Below, piece after piece: positions 17,982 through 25,908 of a stretch of 32,000 nucleotides of DNA. This stretch comes from an uncultured Planctomycetia bacterium (GTDB lineage Bacteria; Omnitrophota; Gorgyraeia; Duberdicusellales; 4484-171): positions 9,305 through 41,304 of the forward strand of contig CAZHYN010000016.1 of assembly GCA_964536865.1 (NCBI GenBank). Reading direction: 5' to 3'. Both the position numbers and the translations under genes were made by a program. The notes below the pieces were generated by a model that saw only the letters and a program-made list of their open reading frames with translations, searched no databases and was not told where the DNA came from. Numbering within the stretch: the stretch's first letter is position 1; each line of letters opens with the position of its first letter.

Positions 17982-19028
17982 ATGGATAGAGAGAGAATAG
18001 CTGTGGCTTTAAGTGGAGGTGTTGATTCTGCATATTCTGCTTACCTTCTTAAGAAAGAAGGGAAGGAGCTGGTAGGAGTAACTTTTAAACTTTCTTTCTT
18101 TAAAGAGGAAAATATTCGAAAAGCACAGTATGTATGTAACTTTTTGGGAATTCCCCATCATCTAATTGATGTTAACCAAGAGTTTAAGAATATTATAGAT
18201 TACTTTGTCAGCTCTTACTTAGACGGTTTAACCCCTAACCCTTGCGCTTTATGTAATCAAATCATTAAGTTCGGAAAACTCTTAGATTATATACGTATGT
18301 TAGGTTGTTATTATTTAGCTACCGGGCATTACTGTCGACTAATTAAAACTGAAAAAGGTGAAATATACTTAGCTAAAGGAAGGAGTATGTTTAAGTCTCA
18401 AGAGTACTTTTTGGCATTAACTCCTAAAGAGAAGTTTAATTCAGTAATTTTCCCTCTAGGAGACTATACTAAAGAGGAGGTTAAAAGGAATATTCAAAAG
18501 GAAGGGTTTTACCCTTTCCCTATCGAAGAGAGTAAAGAGGTGTGTTTTATAGGGAATAGTACCTATAAGGATTTTATTAGAAAACGTATCTTAAGAGATG
18601 GTGATTATTCGGGACAGATAAAGCATCATAATGGGAAAGTCTTAGGAACTCACCAGGGAGTTTATTTTTTTACCTATGGACAAAGAGAGGGATTGGGGGT
18701 TTCTTGGAGAAAGCCTTTGTATGTAATGGACATCCTTCCTTCAAAAAGAGAAGTGATTGTAGGAGAGAGAGAGTTTATTCTAAAGGAGCGTTTCTTTGTA
18801 AACCACATAAATTGGTTTTACCCTCCTTCTAATTATCGGAATTTGAGAGTTAAGCTTCGTTATAACTCCTACTCTTTACCTTGTGATATAGAAATTTCTT
18901 CTCATAATCGGATTCTGTGTATTTTAAAAGACAAAAGAGAAATTCCTGCTCCGGGGCAGTTAGCTGTTTTCTATGATAGAGATTTAGTAGTTGCTGGAGG
19001 ATTAATTGAGAAAGAAAGTGCTTCTTAA
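17982..19028 (+). CDS. mnmA: tRNA-specific 2-thiouridylase
   Basis: PP-loop IAVALSGGVDSAY, catalytic-Cys contexts NPCALCNQ and EVCFIG, and ATGHY. Confidence 0.9.
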   Translation: MDRERIAVALSGGVDSAYSAYLLKKEGKELVGVTFKLSFFKEENIRKAQYVCNFLGIPHHLIDVNQEFKNIIDYFVSSYLDGLTPNPCALCNQIIKFGKLLDYIRMLGCYYLATGHYCRLIKTEKGEIYLAKGRSMFKSQEYFLALTPKEKFNSVIFPLGDYTKEEVKRNIQKEGFYPFPIEESKEVCFIGNSTYKDFIRKRILRDGDYSGQIKHHNGKVLGTHQGVYFFTYGQREGLGVSWRKPLYVMDILPSKREVIVGEREFILKERFFVNHINWFYPPSNYRNLRVKLRYNSYSLPCDIEISSHNRILCILKDKREIPAPGQLAVFYDRDLVVAGGLIEKESAS

Positions 19029-19077
19029 GAAAAACTGAAGCGGTAGATTTGGAAGGGTTTGTCCCTGCAGGATTAAG

Positions 19078-20064
19078 ATGAAGGCAGTCTCTCTATTCTC
19101 AGGAGGTTTAGATAGTATTTTAGCTACCAAAATTATAAAGGAGATGGGTATAGAGGTAGAAACTATACACTTTTGGAGTTTATTTTCCCCTGCCACCTAC
19201 CAAGAGACAGTTAAAAAGTTATCATTTTTTACAGAGAAACTAGGGGTTTCCCTTCATATAGAAGATATAACTCTTCAGCTCTTAGAAAAGGTAAAAAACC
19301 CTCGCTATGGCTACGGGAGTTGTCTTAATCCTTGCATCGATTGTAAGATTTTAATGTTTAGGAGGGCAAAAGAGTATATGGAAGATGTAGGAGCGAAGTT
19401 TTTGATAAGTGGGGAAGTATTAGGAGAACGTCCTTTCTCTCAGAGGAGAGGGGCTTTAGCGATAATAGAGAGAGAAGCTTCAGGGGAAGGAATAATTTTG
19501 AGACCTTTATCTGCAAAATTGCTAAAGTCAACTATTCCTGAGAATAAAGGATGGGTTAAGCGGGATAAACTTTTTGCTATAAAAGGAAGTAAGCGAAGAC
19601 CCCAGATAGAGTTAGCAAGAAAATTGAAGATTTACTCTTATCCTTCTCCTGCAGGAGGATGTCTCCTTACCGACAAAAATTTCTCTAAAAAATTGCAGGA
19701 TTTATTTTCTTACTCTAAAGATTTTGGAGTAAGAGATGTATTTCTTCTTAAGATAGGAAGACACTTTCGCCTCTCCCAGAGAGGGAAGTTGATCGTTCCT
19801 CGCAACGAGAGAGAGGAGCAGAGACTATTAGAGAAGAAGGAGGAAGCAGATACCTTATTTGTCCCTTTAGATGACGGAAGAAGATGTTTAGGAGTGGGGT
19901 CGTTAGATACTGATGATATCCAGTTAGCTACTCGGATAGTTGCTTCATATGTTAAGAGAGACTCTTATCCTAAGAAAATAAGGGTTATCTCTTTCTGGGG
20001 AGAGAAGGAATTAGAGGTAAACCCTTTATCCTCTCAGGAGTTAGAGAGTCGACGAATAAGTTAG
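19078..20064 (+). CDS. Orphan PP-loop (adenine nucleotide alpha-hydrolase) protein, ThiI/MnmA-related, no THUMP or rhodanese domain
   Basis: PP-loop AVSLFSGGLDSILA, Cys cluster CLNPCIDC plus downstream GGC, ThiI-like GEVLGERPFSQ, and a ~130-aa C-terminal region I cannot assign. Confidence 0.65.
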   Translation: MKAVSLFSGGLDSILATKIIKEMGIEVETIHFWSLFSPATYQETVKKLSFFTEKLGVSLHIEDITLQLLEKVKNPRYGYGSCLNPCIDCKILMFRRAKEYMEDVGAKFLISGEVLGERPFSQRRGALAIIEREASGEGIILRPLSAKLLKSTIPENKGWVKRDKLFAIKGSKRRPQIELARKLKIYSYPSPAGGCLLTDKNFSKKLQDLFSYSKDFGVRDVFLLKIGRHFRLSQRGKLIVPRNEREEQRLLEKKEEADTLFVPLDDGRRCLGVGSLDTDDIQLATRIVASYVKRDSYPKKIRVISFWGEKELEVNPLSSQELESRRIS

Positions 20065-20090
20065 GTAAAATTTATTTTTTTCTTGAGAAA

Positions 20091-20119
20091 TGGACAAATT
20101 AGTGGTATTATTCTATAAT
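20091..20119 (+). promoter_or_regulatory. Sigma-70-type promoter for the HD-GYP gene
   Basis: TGGACA (20091-20096), 17-nt spacer, TATAAT (20114-20119). A GAAGGAG SD precedes the ATG at 20138. Confidence 0.5.
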
Positions 20120-20137
20120 TATCGGTAAGAGAAGGAG

Positions 20138-21658
20138 ATGGGAGAAGGTAAGATTTTAATTATTGATAATGATGTTGAGTTTCCACAGAAGCTAAGTAGC
20201 TTCCTAAAAGAACAGGGTTATATTCTTCATGTTTATCAAGAAAGTAGAAAAGGTTTAGATGCTTTCCTTAAGGAAGAGTTTGATGTGGTGATGGTAGAGC
20301 TAGCTATGCCTCAAATGAATGGGATCGAGGTTATAGAGGAGATTAAAAAAATTGATCCCGAAAGTATAACTATTATTATGACTACTCAACCTTCTCTGGA
20401 GACAGTTCAAAGAGCAATAAGAGCAGGGGCATTTGACTATATTACCAAGCCTTTTAGTAAAGAGGAAATCTCATTCGTAATGAAAAGAGCACTTGCCTTT
20501 CGCAATTTAAGTGTAGCTAGAAGGAAACTTATGGAGGAGTTAGAGAAACAGAATGTAAGGTTAGAGCGCCAGATTAAAGAAAAGACAAAAGAGTTAGCTC
20601 TTATATACCAAGTAGGTAGAGATATTTCCTCCACACTGAACTTAGAAGAAATTTTAGAGATTATCTTAGATAGAGTGTGTGTAGTATTGAACATAGAAAA
20701 ATGTTCTATTCTTCTATTGGATGAGGGTAAGGGAGAGTTATATATAAGAGCTGCTCGAGGTCTATCGGAGGATGTTATAATTCAAACAAGACTTAAAGTA
20801 GGTGAGCCTATCTCTGGATGGGTACTTAAAAATAAGAAGCCCGTGTTTGTAGAAGACATAGAGAAAGATCCTCGTTTTGCTCGAAGAAACTATGAGAGGT
20901 ATTATACACACTCTTTTATCAGTGTGCCTTTGATAGTGAAAGAAGATGCTATTGGGGTGATAAATGTGAATAATAAGAAAACAAGACAGCCTCTCACTGA
21001 GGATGATTTCAGAATCGTGAAAGGAATAGCTAACAAGGCATCTATAGCTGTAGAGAATGCCCGTCTTTATTCTACCTTGGAAGATAGTTATATTCGAACA
21101 GTCACTGCTCTTACTTCAGCAATTGATGCTAAGGATCATTATACTAAGAGTCATTCAGAACATGTTTCTCAGTATGCGGTAGCTATAGGGAGGGAGATGG
21201 GTTTATCAGACCGTGAGATTGAAGAAATTCGTCAAGCTTGTCAACTTCATGATTTAGGAAAAATTGGAGTCCACGATTATATTCTTACTAAACCTGGCAA
21301 ACTTACTCCTGAGGAGTGGGAGGAGATAAAACAGCATTCCTTAAAAAGTGCGGAGATATTGAAGCCTCTAATTTTCTTAGGAGGAGCTATTGATTTGATA
21401 AGGCAGCATCACGAGAGGTATGATGGGAAGGGGTATCCTTACGGTCTTAAAGGCGAGGAAATAAAGCTAGGAGCAAGGATAATAGCAGTAGCTGACAGTT
21501 TTGACGCTATGACTACCGATAGACCTTATCGTCGAGCACGCACTAAAGAAGAAGCCATTGAGGAAATTAAAAAATGTAGTGGCACCCAGTTTGATCCTAA
21601 AGTTGTAGAAGCTTTTTTAAGGATAGTGGACAAACTTCCTCCTAAACCCAAAAAGTAG
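20138..21658 (+). CDS. REC-GAF-HD-GYP protein (RpfG-like c-di-GMP phosphodiesterase) with an atypical receiver
   Basis: The receiver fold (ILIIDND...VVMVELAMPQMNG...IIMTT...YITKPF) has Glu54 at the acceptor position. A GAF-like middle region follows. The HD-GYP core is intact: HDLGKIG and HHERYDGKGYP. Confidence 0.88.
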   Translation: MGEGKILIIDNDVEFPQKLSSFLKEQGYILHVYQESRKGLDAFLKEEFDVVMVELAMPQMNGIEVIEEIKKIDPESITIIMTTQPSLETVQRAIRAGAFDYITKPFSKEEISFVMKRALAFRNLSVARRKLMEELEKQNVRLERQIKEKTKELALIYQVGRDISSTLNLEEILEIILDRVCVVLNIEKCSILLLDEGKGELYIRAARGLSEDVIIQTRLKVGEPISGWVLKNKKPVFVEDIEKDPRFARRNYERYYTHSFISVPLIVKEDAIGVINVNNKKTRQPLTEDDFRIVKGIANKASIAVENARLYSTLEDSYIRTVTALTSAIDAKDHYTKSHSEHVSQYAVAIGREMGLSDREIEEIRQACQLHDLGKIGVHDYILTKPGKLTPEEWEEIKQHSLKSAEILKPLIFLGGAIDLIRQHHERYDGKGYPYGLKGEEIKLGARIIAVADSFDAMTTDRPYRRARTKEEAIEEIKKCSGTQFDPKVVEAFLRIVDKLPPKPKK

Positions 21659-21663
21659 CTTGC

Positions 21664-21888
21664 CTACCATCTCCACAGAATTAAGAGAGTAAAGGAAATT
21701 ACTACAATTATTGTTGTCCACACCATCCACTTAGCCTTTGCTGGAGATGGTAGACTTTTTCCACAGTAAAGACAGATGGTAGCGTTATGAGGAATGGGTT
21801 TTCTACAGTAAGGACACTTCTTAAGCTGTGAGAAGTCCAGTTTCTCTTCTTCTACTACTTCTTGGAAGGGAAAATACTCTTCATTCAT
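21664..21888 (-). CDS. Small zinc-ribbon protein with acidic N-tail and C-terminal transmembrane helix
   Basis: CPYC-x13-CLYC zinc ribbon followed by WMVWTTIIVVISFTLLILW. It has no SD, but a good promoter lies immediately upstream. It is the only minus-strand gene. Confidence 0.55.
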   Translation of the reverse strand: MNEEYFPFQEVVEEEKLDFSQLKKCPYCRKPIPHNATICLYCGKSLPSPAKAKWMVWTTIIVVISFTLLILWRW

Positions 21889-21902
21889 CGTCTATAATAA
21901 GT

Positions 21903-21930
21903 AGTATACAACTTTTTTCTCTTGTATCAA
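21903..21930 (-). promoter_or_regulatory. Candidate promoter for the minus-strand zinc-ribbon gene (very short leader)
   Basis: On the minus strand: TTGATA (+ coords 21930-21925), 16-nt spacer, TATACT (21908-21903). The ATG at 21888 lies about 8 nt beyond the expected start site. Confidence 0.4.
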
Positions 21931-21988
21931 TAGGTATTTACCTTTGAGGTATTTTTTATATAATTAATTAAAGAAAGAGAGATAGTCT

Positions 21989-23017
21989 ATGAGGGAAAGG
22001 AAGTTTATAGATTTATCTATGATCTCTGAAGAGGAACTTCTCAATTTAAAAATCTGTGATCTTCCTCTAAAAATAGAGGGTACATGGCTCCAAGGATGTG
22101 TAGAGCAGCTCTATCAGGAGTTAGAGAAGAAAGGAATAAAATTTAAGCCTCCCTGTTACTTGGCAGACGAGTGGCTTACTCCTGACGGTGAACCGGTAAT
22201 AGGTATCCCTTTTTTCTTAGCTCATCCTACACTTATGAAATTAGAGAAAAAGATGATGCTTGATGTAGAAGGAGAAACTAAGGGCTGGTGTATGAAACTG
22301 TTGCGTCATGAAAGCGGCCATGCTATAAACTATGCCTATAGGTTGTATAGACGGAGAAAGTGGCAGAAAATTTTTGGAAAGTTTTCCCAAGTTTACTCAG
22401 ATACTTACCGTTTCCGTCCTTATAGTAAAAGTTTTGTACGCCATCTAGAGGATTACTACGCTCAGTATCATCCCGATGAAGATTTTGCGGAAACTTTTGC
22501 TGTTTGGCTTACTCCCGGTTCTAATTGGCAGGAGGCTTATAAGGGATGGAAGGCCTTAGAGAAGTTAAATTATGTAGAGGAATTAATGGAAGAAATAAAG
22601 GAAAAGCCACCTCTCGTTAAACGAGGGAGAAGGTATTGGCATATTAATTCCTTAAGAATCACTCTTAAAAATTATTATAAGAAAAAAAGGCTCTACTATG
22701 CAGAGTATTTTCCTGATTTTCACGATGTAAATCTAAAGAAGATATTTGCAGAAAAAAATCTTCATTCTCAAGAAGGGTTATCTGCTAAGGATTTAATAAA
22801 GAGATATAGGAAGCAAATTCTAAATAATGTTTCTGAATGGACTGGAGAGAAAAAGTACGTAATTGCCGACCTTTTAGATACTATAGGGGAAAGATGTGAT
22901 AGTCTTAACCTTAGGATAATTGAGTCGGAGAGTTCCGCTCTTCTTAAATTTTCTACCTATATTACTACTCTCATTATGAATTATCGTTATACAGGGAGAT
23001 TTCAAAAGACAAAATGA
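21989..23017 (+). CDS. Putative zinc metallopeptidase (zincin HExxH), otherwise uncharacterised
   Basis: HESGH at aa 107-111, with downstream acidic YHPDEDFAETFAVW (aa 160-173) as the candidate third ligand. No signal peptide. The C-terminal ~140 aa carry no recognisable motif. Confidence 0.7.
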   Translation: MRERKFIDLSMISEEELLNLKICDLPLKIEGTWLQGCVEQLYQELEKKGIKFKPPCYLADEWLTPDGEPVIGIPFFLAHPTLMKLEKKMMLDVEGETKGWCMKLLRHESGHAINYAYRLYRRRKWQKIFGKFSQVYSDTYRFRPYSKSFVRHLEDYYAQYHPDEDFAETFAVWLTPGSNWQEAYKGWKALEKLNYVEELMEEIKEKPPLVKRGRRYWHINSLRITLKNYYKKKRLYYAEYFPDFHDVNLKKIFAEKNLHSQEGLSAKDLIKRYRKQILNNVSEWTGEKKYVIADLLDTIGERCDSLNLRIIESESSALLKFSTYITTLIMNYRYTGRFQKTK

Positions 23018-24030
23018 GGAGGAGATTAAAAGTTTTGTTAGTATTTGATACGCCTTATCATACGCCTCGAGGTTATAACTTTGAAAAGGAGTTTAAAGAG
23101 CTTGACTGGGTAACAGAGAGAGACGTTTATTCAGCTCTCTTAGAGAACGGTTATGATGTTATTCTCTTGGGGCTCTATGATGATATAAAATTACTCTTTG
23201 AGGAAGTGAAAGAAAATAAACCTGAGGCTATTTTCAATCTTACTGAGGTATTTAAGCAGAAAACTTATTTAGAAAAGAATGTAGCCTGGATTTTAGAAAT
23301 TCTGGGTATTCCTTATACTGGTGCTACTCCAACTAGTCTTCTTATCTGTAATAATAAAGCTCTAACTAAAAAGATACTGACCTTTCATAAGATTCGTGTT
23401 CCCAATTTTTATACATTTTATAAGCATCGCAAGGTCAAATTTATCCGGAGGTTAAAACTTCCTCTCATCGTAAAGCCTCTGTATGAGGAAGCTTCACGGG
23501 GGATATCTCAAGCTTCGGTAGTTGATAGTGAGGAAGGATTAATTGAGCGAGTAAAATTTATCCACACTCACCTCAATATGGATGCTATTGCTGAGGAGTA
23601 CATTGATGGGAGAGAGCTTTACGTGAGTGTATTAGGGAACAAGCGGATAAAAGTTTTACCTTTTAGAGAGATGAAATTTGGTAAGATTCCTGAAGATGAA
23701 CCTCGTATTGCTACTTACAAGGCTAAGTGGGATTATAGATATCGGGAAAAGTGGGAAATTAAAAATGTTTTTGCTGGTAGATTACCTTCAGGGTTGGATA
23801 AGAAAATTATCGAAATTTGCAAACGTGCTTATCGAGCTCTTAATATGCAATGTTACGCTCGCTTCGATATAAGGATTACATCTCAAGGAGAAGTTTATAT
23901 TATTGAAGCAAATGCTAACCCCTGTTTGGGTAGAACTGATGAGCTTGCTCAATCAGCAGAAAAAAGTGGTATTAGTTATAATAAGCTAATTCAAAAGATA
24001 ATAAACCTTGCTCTAAAGAGGCCAGTTTAA
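23014..24030 (+). CDS. D-alanine--D-alanine ligase-like ATP-grasp ligase (non-housekeeping context)
   Basis: ATP-grasp motifs LPLIVKPLYEEASRGIS, AEEYIDGRELYVSVLG and RFDIRI...YIIEANANP. ATGA overlap with the peptidase gene. Confidence 0.85.
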   Translation: MRRRLKVLLVFDTPYHTPRGYNFEKEFKELDWVTERDVYSALLENGYDVILLGLYDDIKLLFEEVKENKPEAIFNLTEVFKQKTYLEKNVAWILEILGIPYTGATPTSLLICNNKALTKKILTFHKIRVPNFYTFYKHRKVKFIRRLKLPLIVKPLYEEASRGISQASVVDSEEGLIERVKFIHTHLNMDAIAEEYIDGRELYVSVLGNKRIKVLPFREMKFGKIPEDEPRIATYKAKWDYRYREKWEIKNVFAGRLPSGLDKKIIEICKRAYRALNMQCYARFDIRITSQGEVYIIEANANPCLGRTDELAQSAEKSGISYNKLIQKIINLALKRPV

Positions 24031-24495
24031 ATATTATCCTGAAGTTCCCCCAAAATTTAGACATCCTTTTGTCTAACAGTATATGATTCAGTAAGATAAG
24101 AAAATTGAAATCTGCGCTTTTTAGAAAAATATTTTTGTTGTAAAAATAGGAAAGAGTTTTCCCAAAATTTTGAAAGGCTAATATAATATTTTCAATACCT
24201 TTAGAAAAGCCAACTTTACAAAAGATGCACTTTTAAGAAGAAATGAGTTCCCCTGGCCATATTTAAAAATATAGGCCTGAGAAATGATTGGGATACCTGA
24301 ATCTGAATAATTATCATGTGCGTTTGTAAAGCACGAATAGGTGGTTAGAGTAAGACTCTATTGATAAGATATTTTTAGCAAGAAATTAACTATTGACAAA
24401 CTCTTTCATAGGCGGGAAAACCCCAGTAAAATATTATCTTTTTGTTCTCACTATTTATGATATAATAATGTAGCTAATTACAAATTTGAAGAAAT

Positions 24496-25908
24496 ATGTT
24501 TAGAGAATTCCTTAATTTTCTTCCTGATATAGTTTACCTTAAAGATTACGAAGGCAGATACTTATGGGCTAATAGAACCTTTCTACAGTTTTTTGGGAAA
24601 GAAGAGAAAGAGGTAATAGGTAAGGTAGATAGCGAAGTTATTCCTCAAGAGCTTGCTGTTCAGTGGCAGACTTCAGATAGAGAAGTTATTTCTCTTAAGA
24701 AACCAATTATAAGAGAGGAACATTTAGGAGAAATTATTTTTGAAACGATGAGGTTCTTGGTTCCCCTTAGTGAAGGGAAAATAGGAGTTGCGGGATACTC
24801 TCGTGATGTAACTCTTCACAAGAAAATGGAAGAGAGTTTGAAAGCAAGTGAGGAGAAGTATCGAATCATTGCTGAGAATGTGAATGACATAATTTGGGGT
24901 ATAGATATGGACTTAAGAGTTGTCTATATAAGTGCTTCTTTGGAACACATTTTGGGGTATAAACCGGAGGAATTGATAGGTAAAAGTTTAGAGGAGATAT
25001 TGCCCCCAGGGGAATATAAGAAAATGAAAAAAATTCTGGAGGAAGAGTTGACTCGAGAGGAAGAAAAAGGAACAGACAAATTGCGTTCGAGGACTTTTGA
25101 GATTAAGTATATTCATAAAAGTGGTCACCCTGTATTGTTGGAGGTTAAAGCTAATTTTATCCGTAACCAAGACGGTGTTCCTACTGGTATTTTAGAAGTG
25201 GCTCGAGATGTCACCCAAAGGAAGGAGATGGAGGAGACTCAGCGGCTTTCTCAATTAGGTAAGCTTGTTGCTGATATTGCTCATGAAGTAAATAATCCTC
25301 TTATGATTATTTCAGGGAGGGCTCAACTTGCTCTTATGGAGGAAATATCTGATCCAGAGGTTAAAAAGACTCTAGAGATTATCCTAATTGAATGTCAGAG
25401 AGTAAAGGATATTATCCAGAGAATTCTCAGATACTCTCGTCCTGGTAAGGGTGAATTTAAAGAGCTCAATATAGAAAGAGTTATAGAGGATGTAGTTGCA
25501 ATTTTGGAACACCAGTTTCAATTAGTTAATATCTCCATAGTAAGAAACTATACTCCTAACTTACCCCAGGTATGGGCGGATGATAAGCAAATTGAAGAAG
25601 TGCTGATGAACCTATTGATTAATGCTAGAGATGCTATGCCTGAGGGAGGAAAAATAGAGATAAGTACATCTTCTCAGGATAATTTCTTAAGAATAGATAT
25701 AAAAGATACAGGTACAGGTATGAGTAAAGAAGTTCTAGATAGGATATTTGAACCATTTTTTTCTACTAAGAAGAGAGGCACAGGATTAGGTGTCTCTATA
25801 TGTTATAATATAATAAAAGCTCACAAAGGAGAGTTGAAGTTCGTAAGTGCCCCCGGGAAGGGTACTACTGTTACTATACTTTTACCTTTTTTGAAAAAAG
25901 ATGGCTAA
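24496..25908 (+). CDS. Soluble PAS-PAS histidine kinase
   Basis: Two PAS-like regions, H-box ADIAHEVNNPL, N-box LLINARDAM, G1 DIKDTGTGM and G2 GTGLGVS. No TM segments. Confidence 0.9.
   Translation: MFREFLNFLPDIVYLKDYEGRYLWANRTFLQFFGKEEKEVIGKVDSEVIPQELAVQWQTSDREVISLKKPIIREEHLGEIIFETMRFLVPLSEGKIGVAGYSRDVTLHKKMEESLKASEEKYRIIAENVNDIIWGIDMDLRVVYISASLEHILGYKPEELIGKSLEEILPPGEYKKMKKILEEELTREEEKGTDKLRSRTFEIKYIHKSGHPVLLEVKANFIRNQDGVPTGILEVARDVTQRKEMEETQRLSQLGKLVADIAHEVNNPLMIISGRAQLALMEEISDPEVKKTLEIILIECQRVKDIIQRILRYSRPGKGEFKELNIERVIEDVVAILEHQFQLVNISIVRNYTPNLPQVWADDKQIEEVLMNLLINARDAMPEGGKIEISTSSQDNFLRIDIKDTGTGMSKEVLDRIFEPFFSTKKRGTGLGVSICYNIIKAHKGELKFVSAPGKGTTVTILLPFLKKDG

Noticed and set aside
21659-21663. 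The 5-bp gap between the convergent stop codons of the HD-GYP gene and the zinc-ribbon gene, as a special regulatory feature.
   Set aside because: I found no stable bidirectional hairpin spanning the junction (only a 4-bp GTAG/CTAC). It most likely reflects compact genome organisation. It is noted only as context in the peptidase/ATP-grasp finding.
24254-24277. Sigma-54 promoter (TGGC...): the TGGCCATATTTAAAA stretch.
   Set aside because: A GG element is present, but there is no GC/TTGC element at the -12 spacing, and no enhancer-binding (AAA+) response regulator is encoded in the window.
24316-24348. Possible precursor peptide for the ATP-grasp ligase (MCVCKARIGG), plus other 3-8 codon ORFs in the 24031-24495 spacer.
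   Set aside because: There is no SD. The ORFs are too short and lack the leader/core architecture of known ATP-grasp-modified peptides. The ligase looks Ddl-like rather than like microviridin-type ligases.
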